Numbered from the stretch's first letter, positions 35,950 to 46,190 are shown. The stretch is 64,000 nucleotides of DNA from Candidatus Liptonbacteria bacterium (GCA_016204355.1 JACQKT010000016.1:47269-111268), one strand, 5' to 3'. The notes: generated from the sequence alone by a model not told the origin. Numbers and translations: made by a program.

Positions 35950-36822
35950 ATGGAACCGATAAAACCTTCGCCGGAAAAGTGTCCGATATGTTTTTCGCCG
36001 CCCGATCCCGGAGAAGAAATTAAATTTGTTGAAAATTATCAAAACCCGAAAGGGAAGTGGTCGCTGTATCAATGTCCCAAGTGTAGAGTTCAATTCTGGA
36101 CACCTTTTGAATACTACGAAGCCGATTACCGCTCCCAGCATATAGACGGCGGAAGCCATTTCTTTTTGCCTTGGAACTATCGTCAATTTTTCAGGTTTCC
36201 TCATCCGAAAGGAGCCAGAATTCTTGATATAGGATGCGGCTCGGGAGAATTTTTGGCGCTTTGCAGAGACGAGGGATATTCGGTATACGGTCTCGAGATC
36301 AATCAAGGATTGGTGAATAAAGTGAAAGAAAACGATATCGAATGCTTTTTTGGGTACCTTAGCGATTTTGTAAGTGAGTTCAAACGAAAGAATATCGAGA
36401 GTTTCGATGTTGTTACTTTTTTTGAAGTCATGGAGCATCTTATCGATCCAATCGGATTTCTAAAAGACGCAAATTCAATATTAAAGCCGAGTGGCGCGGT
36501 GGTTTTTTCGGTGCCATTCAGGGAGCGAAGTGAAATTTTTAAAATGATAGACTATCCTCCGGGACATCTCACGCGCTGGAACGCCGCAGCGCTATCGTAC
36601 GCCGTAAGGAGAGCGGGATTCGAGCCGGAAATTATCATAGCGAGGCCCATAAGTCTCCAAGGCGTTGCGGGACAGTTTTTCCAATCGGGCAAATTGCGGC
36701 GATTCAGTCCGATTGCGAAATTTGCAACGGCGTGTTTTTTGGGATTGCTGTTCTGGCTGCCGCTGAAGTTAAGTGGCGGCAACGGAAATAGAATATTCGT
36801 GATTGCGAGAAAAAAGAGTTAG
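35950..36822 (+). CDS. Class I SAM-dependent methyltransferase with N-terminal zinc ribbon
   Basis: CPICF...CPKC ribbon; ILDIGCGSGEF SAM motif; 3' end overlaps the ligase gene stop. Confidence 0.65.
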   Translation: MEPIKPSPEKCPICFSPPDPGEEIKFVENYQNPKGKWSLYQCPKCRVQFWTPFEYYEADYRSQHIDGGSHFFLPWNYRQFFRFPHPKGARILDIGCGSGEFLALCRDEGYSVYGLEINQGLVNKVKENDIECFFGYLSDFVSEFKRKNIESFDVVTFFEVMEHLIDPIGFLKDANSILKPSGAVVFSVPFRERSEIFKMIDYPPGHLTRWNAAALSYAVRRAGFEPEIIIARPISLQGVAGQFFQSGKLRRFSPIAKFATACFLGLLFWLPLKLSGGNGNRIFVIARKKS

Positions 36823-38057
36823 ACGAACGCAGCCAAACCCAAAATAAGCCACATCAGCCGAAAAGCAGACATGTTATCGAATATCGAGGCGACGAATAAT
36901 CCGACAAGTGAAGCGAAAAGATATGCGACCCACAACCGTTCTTGAATAACGAACCTCTTCATTTTCAGGAAAACATTTTTTAAGGCGGCAAAGAGAAGCC
37001 AAACGAAACCCGCAAAACCGATAGGCCCGGCAAGAACCATAAATTCAAGAACGGTATTGTGCGGGCCCTGTTTTCCGAAGCCGACGTTAACAGGTTGATA
37101 ATTAACGCCGAAACCGAGCGGCGAATTAAGAAGCTTTTCGGTATATATTCCCCAAAGTTCCAGGCGGTACGGTTCGGAAAGTATGCCCGAAACCGGTTTC
37201 AATCCCGGAACTTCGACGTTTTCTGTCGGTGGGGTGCTTACGTTTTGCGGAAAAATTTTGACGGAAACCATTGTTTTTATCAACGGGTTAAGAACTGAAA
37301 AAGCGAGAAGCAAAATCAGAAATGCAAAAAAACCTCCGGATATGATTTTTTTCAAGTTGCCGCCAGACCAGATAAGAATCAAAAGAAAAAGAGATATAAC
37401 CAATCCGAGCCAGGCAGCTCTTGATTGTGTCCAGAGAAGTACGGCTGAAAGTCCGACGGCTATTGCGAGGTAAGCGAAAAAAGTTTTTCTAAGTGGCTTG
37501 ATTTTTTCGAGCGTGAGAACGGCAATACAAGTCAGGCTGACAATGAGATAATAGCCGACATTCGACGGCCAATTTTCAAAAAGTTTAAAACGATACATCG
37601 CAATCACAAAATCGGCGTTCGGTAAAATAAGGGTCGGCAGGTAAACGAGTGTCGAAAGCTGCGCAAACGCAGCTTTTTTATAAAAATTTCCGTCGAAGGT
37701 TTGGAAAAACGAAACAAGGAAGAGAATCGCGAAAACTTCGGCAAATCTGCCGATTGTCAGAATTCCCTCTTTCGTGAAACCAAGTCCTTCGGAGAAATAC
37801 CCGCCTAGCGACGCAAGGACAAGCCCTAGACAAATCAACGAGAGTCCGGTCAAAACGTTTTTGTTGCCGAGAAAGTTTTTATAACCTTCTTTGAACCGGA
37901 GAATGACGTATAAAGCGATCAGGGCAGAAAGAAAAAAAAGAATGTCGCTCGAGCGTTTTATCCAAAAAGGATAGGAATTATTCCTGACTATAAGCAGCGC
38001 CACGCCTGCGAGAAAAAAATATTTTCCCGCAACAATTATTTTTTCTTTAATCGCCAT
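36819..38057 (-). CDS. O-antigen ligase/polymerase family membrane protein
   Basis: Polytopic; WTQSRAAWLGL loop motif typical of Wzy_C/WaaL-family proteins. Confidence 0.55.
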   Translation of the reverse strand: MAIKEKIIVAGKYFFLAGVALLIVRNNSYPFWIKRSSDILFFLSALIALYVILRFKEGYKNFLGNKNVLTGLSLICLGLVLASLGGYFSEGLGFTKEGILTIGRFAEVFAILFLVSFFQTFDGNFYKKAAFAQLSTLVYLPTLILPNADFVIAMYRFKLFENWPSNVGYYLIVSLTCIAVLTLEKIKPLRKTFFAYLAIAVGLSAVLLWTQSRAAWLGLVISLFLLILIWSGGNLKKIISGGFFAFLILLLAFSVLNPLIKTMVSVKIFPQNVSTPPTENVEVPGLKPVSGILSEPYRLELWGIYTEKLLNSPLGFGVNYQPVNVGFGKQGPHNTVLEFMVLAGPIGFAGFVWLLFAALKNVFLKMKRFVIQERLWVAYLFASLVGLFVASIFDNMSAFRLMWLILGLAAFV

Positions 38058-38136
38058 TTACCTAACTATAGTATCAAACTTGCCGCCAAAAAGTTACTTT
38101 GACACATCGTTTTCTTTGTTTTATTATTTTGAAACT

Positions 38137-39150
38137 ATGATAGTTGTATGCGCTCCTCTTCGCATAAGTTTTGTCGGCGGCGGAACAGACCTACCGGATT
38201 TTTACCGCAGGCATCCTGGCCGCGTGATTTCCACGGCAATAGATAAATTTGTCTACGTTGCCATAAACAGGACGCCGCTAATTCCAAAAATATCGGCGCG
38301 GTATTCCATTTCCGAAACCGTCGATAAACCGGACGATCTCCAGCACACGCGCATAAAGGCGGCGCTTTTGGATCTCGGAATAGACAAAGGAATAGAAATA
38401 GGCTCTTTTGCGAGCTTGCCGGCCAAGACCGGGCTGGGCTCTTCCTCCACCTTTTCTGTGGCCTTGATGAAGGGACTGCATGCCTTCAAGGGAAATAAGC
38501 TCGACAAAAAGGAAACCGCGGAAGAAGCTTCGCGGCTCGAAATAGAACTTCTCGGCGAGCCGATAGGCAAGCAGGACCAGTACGCCGCGTCTTTCGGCGG
38601 GTTAAACGTGGTCCAGTTCAACCCCGACGAGAGCGTAAACGTCGACCCTGTTCTTTTGGACTATAAAAAACGTCTCGGACTGGAAGGCAGTATGCTCTTA
38701 TTCTTCACGGGGATTACCCGCATGGCATCGAGCGTTTTGACGGAACAAAAATCTAACATCGACAAAAAATTCGAGACATTGAAAGAAATGGCCGAGTCGG
38801 TTCACGATTTTAAAGGACGGCTTTTGGCCGGCGACTACAAAGGGCTCGGCGAAATGCTTCATCAGGGATGGTTGAGAAAAAAGAGTTTGGCCTCGAATGT
38901 TTCCAACTCCGTCATTGACGACATTTACGGCGCCGGAATAAATGCCGGGGCGTGGGGCGGAAAAGTGCTCGGTGCCGGCGGAGGAGGATGCGTCATGTTC
39001 CTTGTTCCTGAAGGTAAAAAACCGGCGGTTCGCGAAGCGGTTGCCAGAATCGCCAAAGAAAAGGAACTCAAAGATTTCCAGGAAATTCCCGTAAAATTCG
39101 TCCAGTCCGGCGTCGAAATACTTTTTAACGGCGACGAAATGAAAAAATGA
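38137..39150 (+). CDS. hddA: GHMP kinase, D-glycero-alpha-D-manno-heptose 7-phosphate kinase-like
   Basis: RISFVGGGTDL, PAKTGLGSSST (GHMP ATP motif); first gene of a heptose cassette. Confidence 0.7.
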   Translation: MIVVCAPLRISFVGGGTDLPDFYRRHPGRVISTAIDKFVYVAINRTPLIPKISARYSISETVDKPDDLQHTRIKAALLDLGIDKGIEIGSFASLPAKTGLGSSSTFSVALMKGLHAFKGNKLDKKETAEEASRLEIELLGEPIGKQDQYAASFGGLNVVQFNPDESVNVDPVLLDYKKRLGLEGSMLLFFTGITRMASSVLTEQKSNIDKKFETLKEMAESVHDFKGRLLAGDYKGLGEMLHQGWLRKKSLASNVSNSVIDDIYGAGINAGAWGGKVLGAGGGGCVMFLVPEGKKPAVREAVARIAKEKELKDFQEIPVKFVQSGVEILFNGDEMKK

Positions 39151-39758
39151 AAGATTTTATCACCGAATTTTCAAAAAAATCAATTGAGGCGATAGAAAAT
39201 CTTCCGCACGAAGAAATTGCCAAAGCATTGAACATTCTGCAGGGAGTTTACGAGCGCGACGGCAGAGTCTATATCTTCGGCAACGGCGGTTCGTGGGCGA
39301 TAGCCGGACACTGGGTTACCGATTTCAACAAAACCGTTTTCAGTCATCACCTCGGCGAGCACAGCAAGCGTTTCAGAGTCAGCAGAATTCCGGCGACCGA
39401 AGAGGAACTTACGGCATGGGCGAACGACATCGGTTACGACATGGTTTTTGCCGGCCCGCTCGACAATGTTTTGGAAGATTGCGATGTCGTAATAGCAATT
39501 TCAAGTTCTGGAAATTCAACAAACATAATTAAGGCAGTCGAAGTGGCAAAAAAACACAAAGTTCCCGTGATCGGTCTTTCGGGATTCGACCCGTCGAATA
39601 AGCTGAACCAGATTGCCGACGTAAAAATTCACGTGCCGACGCCGAAGGGGGAATATGAGGTTGTTGAAAGCACGCACGACACGATAATGCATCTGATGAC
39701 CAAGTATTTCAAAAACTACTTCGACCATTTGGTGGAAGGGAAGCAAGGTAATGGTTGA
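39147..39758 (+). CDS. gmhA: D-sedoheptulose 7-phosphate isomerase (SIS domain)
   Basis: IFGNGGSWAIAGH, AISSSGNS motifs. Confidence 0.75.
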   Translation: MKDFITEFSKKSIEAIENLPHEEIAKALNILQGVYERDGRVYIFGNGGSWAIAGHWVTDFNKTVFSHHLGEHSKRFRVSRIPATEEELTAWANDIGYDMVFAGPLDNVLEDCDVVIAISSSGNSTNIIKAVEVAKKHKVPVIGLSGFDPSNKLNQIADVKIHVPTPKGEYEVVESTHDTIMHLMTKYFKNYFDHLVEGKQGNG

Positions 39759-40500
39759 TTTATCAAACTACAAGGTTTTTATTTTGGCTGCCGGTCTGGG
39801 AACAAGATTGGGGGATTTAGGAAAAAATTTGCCTAAAGTAATGTTTCCCGTCGGCGGTAAACCGCTTTTGGAAAACACAATAAACCTTTTAAAATTCCAG
39901 GGTTTCGGAAACTTCATTTTAAATACCCATTATTTCCCGGAGAAAATTGCGGGTTATTTCAGCAAAGGAGAAAAAATGGGCGTTTCAATAGAATATAGCG
40001 ACGAATCAAAAAAACTGCTTGAAACTGCCGGCGCAATAAAAAAAGCGGAGAATTTGCTGACGGAAGATTTCGTTCTTATATATGGCGACCAGGTTTTTTC
40101 TTTGGATATTAGGCCTTTAATCGAATTGCACAAAGACAGAAAAGCTCTTGCTACCATTGTTTTGAAACGTTCCGATGAACCGCAAAACGGAGATTTGGTA
40201 GAGATTGATCCAAAAACTTCAAAAATAACCGGATGGCATCAACGGCCTCATAACTTTAAAAATTTTAGCGAAAATATGTTTTTAAACGCCGGCATTTATG
40301 TGCTTTCAAAAAAAATAACAGAATTCATCCCCGAAGGAAAATCAAGGCTGGATATAGATATTTTTCCGGCGCTTGTAAAAAACGGGGCGGCGATATACGG
40401 ATTTCCGACTGGCGAAAAAATTCTGGACATAGGAACTCCGGAAAAATATGAATATGCCAAGAAATGGTATGAAGAACAAAAGAGCGTTATTTCTCGATAG
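39751..40500 (+). CDS. hddC: D-glycero-alpha-D-manno-heptose 1-phosphate guanylyltransferase-like nucleotidyltransferase
   Basis: ILAAGLGTRLGDLGKNLPKVMFPV NTP_transferase motif. Confidence 0.7.
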   Translation: MVDLSNYKVFILAAGLGTRLGDLGKNLPKVMFPVGGKPLLENTINLLKFQGFGNFILNTHYFPEKIAGYFSKGEKMGVSIEYSDESKKLLETAGAIKKAENLLTEDFVLIYGDQVFSLDIRPLIELHKDRKALATIVLKRSDEPQNGDLVEIDPKTSKITGWHQRPHNFKNFSENMFLNAGIYVLSKKITEFIPEGKSRLDIDIFPALVKNGAAIYGFPTGEKILDIGTPEKYEYAKKWYEEQKSVISR

Positions 40501-40993
40501 GGACGGCGTAATTTGCGAGGCCATGCCGCGCGGTCAGTATTTGACGCGCCTGGAAGAGTTCAAACTTTTGCCGGGCATAATAGGATTGATAGACGAAGCC
40601 AAGAACAAGGGATATTTTGTAATAGTTATCACAAACCAGCCGCAGATTTCCAGAGGAATGGTAAGCGAGGCGGAAGTAATTTCAATTAACGATAAGATGA
40701 ACGAATTGCTCGGCATGAAATTGGACGCGATTTATTATTGTCCGCACCGAAATGAGGACAACTGCGATTGCCGCAAGCCGAAGCCCGGCATGTTTTTGAA
40801 AGCAGCAAAAGATTTCGATATAGACTTTTCAGGATCGTTTTTCTTGGGGGATAGCGATAAAGACGTTAAACCCGGAAAAGCGATCGGTTGCAAAACAATA
40901 TTTTTAAAAAACGAACATAACGGTGAAGAACTTAAAAATTGCAGTCCCGATTTCGTAATAGAGTCTTTAAAAGAAGCGGAAAAAATTATTTGA
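40469..40993 (+). CDS. gmhB: D,D-heptose 1,7-bisphosphate phosphatase (HAD-IIIA)
   Basis: LFLDRDGVI motif I, CDCRKPKPGM, GDSDKD. Start could also be ATG 40448. Confidence 0.75.
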   Translation: MKNKRALFLDRDGVICEAMPRGQYLTRLEEFKLLPGIIGLIDEAKNKGYFVIVITNQPQISRGMVSEAEVISINDKMNELLGMKLDAIYYCPHRNEDNCDCRKPKPGMFLKAAKDFDIDFSGSFFLGDSDKDVKPGKAIGCKTIFLKNEHNGEELKNCSPDFVIESLKEAEKII

Positions 40994-41005
40994 CTAAAAA
41001 AAATC

Positions 41006-41032
41006 GGCTGCACACGCGGTGCAGCCTTTTTG
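41006..41032 (+). terminator. Intrinsic terminator after gmhB
   Basis: GGCTGCAC-acgcg-GTGCAGCC + TTTTT. Confidence 0.65.
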
Positions 41033-41058
41033 CAGTATTCGAGAACTTGGTGTTTATT

Positions 41059-41856
41059 TCACGGCGCGAGCAGGAAATCCCTGGTGGCTTCGTGCGGCCA
41101 CGGCAGGACGAACGGCGTGCCGAGATCGAGTGCCGCGAACTCGCTGCCACCCCAATTGTTGAGAATCGGAGTGTAACGGGCCCACCATTCCGTTTCGCTG
41201 TGTAAGGCGATGAAGAGGCAGTAGTCTGGCTGGTTGAACTTGTTGTTGAACATTTCTACCAGTTTCCAGCTCTCGGTGGCGAACTTGGACAGGTCAGATT
41301 GTGGTATGTAAGAAACCTTGGGAAAGATAAAGGCCTGTCCGGCCCTTGTTCCACCCAGGTGCACACTGAACGCGTCGCTCGACCAAAGAGGCGTAAGTAA
41401 CCCTTCGCAGTCAAGATTCTTCGGCTTGGTTGGCGGTTCGCATATGTGCCAGTGCAGATGTGGCAAATTCTGCCCGGCGCCGTAGCCGATATGCGTGTAA
41501 ATCCATATCGGAAACAAGTGTCCTCGCGTACGGACCACGTCGTCGATTGCGAGCCGAAGCATCGTTTCCAGAGTTTCCTTACCACCGAGCGACCATAACT
41601 TGTCGATCGGCCAACAGTAGGCAGGGATGAGAAGCCGGTGATAGGGCCACGGCGTATTGGAATTCTCGAAAGTTTTCCACCAGCCGGGTTCCGGGATATA
41701 TTCGTCTATTTGTTCCCGAGAGCACAACGGGCAATCGGACTGGTTTGCCGGCAGAGTCATGCGAACTTGCCAGGGACGAGTCGTTTTCACCGTTGTTCTT
41801 GTCCCGCCGCTCAATGTGGAAAATCCACCGGGTGCCATGTTTATGATTCCAGCCAT
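41059..41856 (-). CDS. GalT-like HIT-superfamily nucleotidyltransferase/phosphorylase
   Basis: RPWQV...CPLCSRE resembles the GalT N-terminal Zn site (RPWQG...CFLCAG). The histidine motif is HLHWH (canonical HxHxH, not GalT's HxHxQ). Local GC is visibly higher than neighbours. Start uncertain (ORF opens at 41955). Confidence 0.45.
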   Translation of the reverse strand: MAGIINMAPGGFSTLSGGTRTTVKTTRPWQVRMTLPANQSDCPLCSREQIDEYIPEPGWWKTFENSNTPWPYHRLLIPAYCWPIDKLWSLGGKETLETMLRLAIDDVVRTRGHLFPIWIYTHIGYGAGQNLPHLHWHICEPPTKPKNLDCEGLLTPLWSSDAFSVHLGGTRAGQAFIFPKVSYIPQSDLSKFATESWKLVEMFNNKFNQPDYCLFIALHSETEWWARYTPILNNWGGSEFAALDLGTPFVLPWPHEATRDFLLAP

Positions 41857-42055
41857 ACAGAATTCCTTTCCGCGGCGATGCCGCAAAATAAATCGGTGTA
41901 TTAGTATTTCAATCCGCAGTTTTAAGGCCTGCGGAACTGCCGTGCATTTAATCATAAAAATGGTAATTTGTCAAAGAAATTTGTATGGACGAAATTGTTA
42001 TTAAAAAATGCGGCGGGCGGTTTTGGTAAACCGCGTCGCCGCGTGCAGGACCGAA

Positions 42056-42907
42056 CTACGGGAAACTCAATCCCATTACCTGGTAAACGCGCTGGGATTT
42101 CCGAAAACCGTTGAGCGCGAGAATCTGCTCGTGCAGGTGTCCGTTCGAGAGCACCAAGCTGTTGCAGTTTTCGAGAGACCACGGATTACCGAAGTGGTCG
42201 GTCACTTCGCCGCCTGCTTCTTCCACCAAAAGCGCAATCGGCAAGTTGTCCGTCGGTTTGTTGCCCGTGGAAATCAGCACATCTGCGCTTGTCGGCAGGG
42301 ACGAACCCGATGCAATTCGCGTTCCTGACCAGCAACTGGAAAGGCAGAGACGCGTGCGTTTCGTGTTACGAATTGCCCGTAGCGCGAACTCATTGCCTGT
42401 GCCGAAGTTATTTTGCGTTTGCCCTTCCAAAAGCAAGAATGCTTCCTTCAGGGTCTTTTTTTCGGACACGCTGATTCGTTTCGGAGTCTCGTTCATCTGG
42501 AATTGCCAAGCTCCCGCGCCGCGCAGGGCTAGGTAAAGCCCGGCCGGGTGAAAAGGCAGGTAGATAACGGACATCGCGACCTCGCCGTCGTCAATGAGTG
42601 CCAGCATTGAGCCGAAGATCGGCGCCTCGATGGCGGCGTTGTGTGTGCCGTCGCAGGGGTCGAGAACGAAAAACTTCGTTTCTTTCGGTGGCCACTCGCT
42701 GTCTTTTTCTTCGCTGATTACAGGAATACCGGCGAAATTTTCGGAAAGGAAATCCGAGATCCGCTTATCGAGATCGTCGTCCATTTCTCCCACGAGCTCG
42801 CCTTCGGCTTTGGAACGCAGGAGTTGCCCCTTAGCCAGATATTTTTCGTAAACAGGCTTGAGCCCTGTGAATACCCCATAAAACATGGTCATCAGTGCTA
42901 GTTCCAT
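42056..42907 (-). CDS. Inositol monophosphatase family protein (SuhB/CysQ-like)
   Basis: VLDPCDGTHN (DPIDGT motif), LLVEEAGGEVTD (WDxAAG-like). Confidence 0.7.
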   Translation of the reverse strand: MELALMTMFYGVFTGLKPVYEKYLAKGQLLRSKAEGELVGEMDDDLDKRISDFLSENFAGIPVISEEKDSEWPPKETKFFVLDPCDGTHNAAIEAPIFGSMLALIDDGEVAMSVIYLPFHPAGLYLALRGAGAWQFQMNETPKRISVSEKKTLKEAFLLLEGQTQNNFGTGNEFALRAIRNTKRTRLCLSSCWSGTRIASGSSLPTSADVLISTGNKPTDNLPIALLVEEAGGEVTDHFGNPWSLENCNSLVLSNGHLHEQILALNGFRKSQRVYQVMGLSFP

Positions 42908-43023
42908 ATCTACCCCCTCCTTGAGGTGTGGAGTTACAGGAAGTTAAGAAACTTCGAGAATAATAATTATTTTCGGCATAGTTTGTCAAAAGATTTTTAA
43001 ACTGCTAATTTTATGGAACGAAT

Positions 43024-43845
43024 ATGGCAAAGGTGTCAATTTTGCTCGCCACATATAACCGCGCAGGACTCATAAAAGCCGCAGTTGAAAGCGTCAAAAA
43101 ACAATCTTTCCAGGATTGGGAAATCATCGTTGCCGATGACGGTTCGACAGACAGTACTCCGGAAGTCGTAGCAGGGTTGGCAAAAGACGAGTCCCGCATA
43201 ATTTATACGAGGAGCGATATCAATCAGGGAATTTCCAAAAACTACAATCGCGGCTTGAAAATTGCAAAAGGCGAATACATAGCGATGCTCGACGACGATG
43301 ATATTTGGAGCGACCACGACAAATTGGAAAAGCAAGTGGAATTTTTGGATAAAAACCCCGAATATGTCGGTTGCGGCGGAGGTGTAATCGTTATCGATGA
43401 AAACGGCGGCGAAATTTACAAGTATCTCAAGCCGGAGACCGACGAAGAGATAAGAAAAAAAATGCTTTTCGGGAACCCGATGGCCAACAGCACAACCGTT
43501 TTCAGAAAAAGCGCCGGCGAGAAAGTCGGCTGGTACGACGAAACAACAAGATATTCCGGCGACCGCGATTTCTGGCTTAAAATGGGGCTTATCGGCAAAC
43601 TTTATAACTTCCCGGAATATTTTTCTTACTATCTCTTGTCCAATGACAACACTTCGGTAAAAAGAGCACGGCCTCATCTCAAGGCGTCGCTCATGATAAT
43701 GGAACGATACAAGGACAAGTATCCGGGATATCTGCCGGCACTTGTTTTTAACAGGCTTCAGTATTTTTACGCGTTTTTGCCGGAAATAGTAAGAAGAAAA
43801 ATACATCCGGCACTAGCAAGAATTAAGAGGAAACTTGCCGGGTAA
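43024..43845 (+). CDS. Glycosyltransferase family 2
   Basis: VSILLATYNRAGLI...VADDGSTDST...AMLDDDD. Confidence 0.8.
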   Translation: MAKVSILLATYNRAGLIKAAVESVKKQSFQDWEIIVADDGSTDSTPEVVAGLAKDESRIIYTRSDINQGISKNYNRGLKIAKGEYIAMLDDDDIWSDHDKLEKQVEFLDKNPEYVGCGGGVIVIDENGGEIYKYLKPETDEEIRKKMLFGNPMANSTTVFRKSAGEKVGWYDETTRYSGDRDFWLKMGLIGKLYNFPEYFSYYLLSNDNTSVKRARPHLKASLMIMERYKDKYPGYLPALVFNRLQYFYAFLPEIVRRKIHPALARIKRKLAG

Positions 43846-43904
43846 TAGAAACTCGGCTGATTTTATTTTGCTCGGCAAAAAAAGACGAGCAAATCGAATT
43901 TTCA

Positions 43905-45401
43905 CTACCCGGCTTGCAGGATGGACCTAGCTTCTTTCAGAATAGATTCTTTCAGCAGATATAGCATGGTTAGATAAAGAAGTCCCGCAAGCGGAATCGC
44001 AAGGAGTATATGCGCGCCCATTCTCAAAATCGCGTAAAGAAAAAGGGCCGAAACCGCGGACGATAAAAGGATTTTCCCTACTTTTAGGTTCAGGTCGAAT
44101 CCTACTATCCGCCAGGCAATGTACCAGAGATAAAAATCGGCAATTATCGATGACAAGAGGGTTGCGACTGCCGAACCGTTTATGCCGTACCTCGGTATAA
44201 GAAGAAGATCGAACGCAACGTTCAAAAAGCCTCCGATAGCCGCGTAGACTATCAGAACCCTTTGTCTGTTGTATACAAAAATCACGTTGTTCAATATGAC
44301 GGCCATGGAACCGAAAGTGAAAGTCATAAGAAGAAGCTGGAAAGACAAAGCCGCCGGCGCGTATTCTGCGCCGAAAAGAAGATTGATAATCTCGTTGCCT
44401 GCCGCTATTCCGCAAAAAGCTACGGGAAGCGAAAATGAAAAAGCGAATCTTAAAATATTTCTCAAAGCAATTCTGATTCTTTCCTGCTCCTCTTTTATAA
44501 ATCTTGAAAATATCGGCAGGGAACTCGATGCGAGTACGCCGCCGAAGATATAGAGAAGTTGTATGACTCTAACCGAGGCCGAATAAAATCCGACGTCCGT
44601 CGCCGAGCGGAACCAGCCGATGATCAGAATGTCGGTGTTGAGAAGCAAAAGTCCGAGAACTCCGGAAATGGCAAACGGCCAGGCGGATGAGAGAATTTCT
44701 TTTACAAGCGATTTCGAAAAATTCGACAGTGTTCCAGCAATATCTTTCCTGAGCACGTAAGAAGTTGCCAAAAGACCGATGGCTGTGCCAACCGCATAAG
44801 CCAATGTGAACGACATCACAGTCGGGCGCAGATAAAGCGCTCCGAATCCGAAAGCGACTATTGCAACGTTCGTAAGAAGATAAAGCGCCGCTTCCACCTC
44901 CATTTTTTCTCGCGCCCTTATGAGAGAAAATCCCAAATTTCTAAAGGTGTCGAATACAAGAATAGCCGCCATAATGGGCAAAAGGCGGTCAACTCCCGGG
45001 AGAGTGGCAAATTCGGGAGCCACGAATATGACCACCAAAACTCCCATTGCCAAAAGGAGAATTTTGATGAAAAACGAAGTCGATATTATCTGAACCTGCC
45101 TGAGCAGGTCTTCCTTTGCCTTTGCGCTTTCGCGCGTGAGAATGGAATCTATCCCGATGTCGACGAAAATCGTCAGAAAAGCGACCAATGTTATGCCGTA
45201 AGAAAAAACACCCCACCCGGCGGCGCCGAGAACGCGGGCGGCATAAATTATTACCGCGGCGCGTATAAAGCGTCCGCCGAGATTGCCTACCGCGAGCCAA
45301 AAAGCGTTCTTCGCGAGAGTCTGCCTGTTGGTCAGATTTTTAAAAAGAAAATTCTTGACCTCCACACCAAACGAGGATTCTTTTTCGTTTTGCGAATTCA
45401 T
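43905..45401 (-). CDS. wzx: Oligosaccharide flippase (Wzx/MOP superfamily polysaccharide biosynthesis protein)
   Basis: ~14 TM helices; 498 aa; typical Wzx composition. Confidence 0.7.
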   Translation of the reverse strand: MNSQNEKESSFGVEVKNFLFKNLTNRQTLAKNAFWLAVGNLGGRFIRAAVIIYAARVLGAAGWGVFSYGITLVAFLTIFVDIGIDSILTRESAKAKEDLLRQVQIISTSFFIKILLLAMGVLVVIFVAPEFATLPGVDRLLPIMAAILVFDTFRNLGFSLIRAREKMEVEAALYLLTNVAIVAFGFGALYLRPTVMSFTLAYAVGTAIGLLATSYVLRKDIAGTLSNFSKSLVKEILSSAWPFAISGVLGLLLLNTDILIIGWFRSATDVGFYSASVRVIQLLYIFGGVLASSSLPIFSRFIKEEQERIRIALRNILRFAFSFSLPVAFCGIAAGNEIINLLFGAEYAPAALSFQLLLMTFTFGSMAVILNNVIFVYNRQRVLIVYAAIGGFLNVAFDLLLIPRYGINGSAVATLLSSIIADFYLWYIAWRIVGFDLNLKVGKILLSSAVSALFLYAILRMGAHILLAIPLAGLLYLTMLYLLKESILKEARSILQAG

Positions 45402-45488
45402 GACTTCATATCCAAGTTTATACTTTTATCCTTGTTATGGTGTGCGGGTTGATATGTTCCGCCATTCTGGTTTATACTTTGGCTTATT

Positions 45489-46190
45489 ATGAAAGCAGTG
45501 ATTTTGGCCGGCGGCGCAGGCACCCGTCTTCGTCCGATAACATATGAGATCCCGAAACCGCTTTTGCCCGTCAAGAAAAAACCGATAATCAGCCACCTGA
45601 TAGAACTTTTTTTGAAGCACGGCGTTTCGGAAATAGCCGTGCTCGCGAGCCGCTCGCACGACAAGGATTTTTTAAGCTGGAGAAAAAATTTGGAAGGAGA
45701 ATTAGCTGAGGCAAACATTAACATATTTTTCGAGGACGAACAAAGAGGAACTTTCGGCGGCCTTGAACTTTTAAAAAATTGGCTGAACGGCGAGCCGTTC
45801 ATTCTCTCCAACGGCGACGAGCTGAAGGATTTCGATTTGTCCGCGATGAAAAATTTCCACGAAGAAAAAGGCGGAATTGGAACGATTGCATTAGTGTCAG
45901 TTCAAAATCCCTCCGAGTACGGCGTGCCGGTCATGAGCGGCCACCACATAAATGAATTTTTGGAAAAGCCGAATCCGTCCCCTTCGAACTATATTTCCTC
46001 GGGATTATACATACTTGAGCCGAAAATCTTCGATTACGCCGACTTTTCGAACAGATTTATAATGATCGAAAAAGATATTTTCCCGGAAGTGGCGAGCAAC
46101 GGCGAACTTGTGGGGTTTATGGTTGAAAAAGGAAGGTGGTACGATTGCGGAAATCTCGAGAGGTGGGAAAAGGCAATCAAAGAGTGGTGA
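45489..46190 (+). CDS. Sugar-1-phosphate nucleotidyltransferase (NTP_transferase family)
   Basis: MKAVILAGGAGTRLRPITYEIPKPLLPV. Confidence 0.75.
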   Translation: MKAVILAGGAGTRLRPITYEIPKPLLPVKKKPIISHLIELFLKHGVSEIAVLASRSHDKDFLSWRKNLEGELAEANINIFFEDEQRGTFGGLELLKNWLNGEPFILSNGDELKDFDLSAMKNFHEEKGGIGTIALVSVQNPSEYGVPVMSGHHINEFLEKPNPSPSNYISSGLYILEPKIFDYADFSNRFIMIEKDIFPEVASNGELVGFMVEKGRWYDCGNLERWEKAIKEW

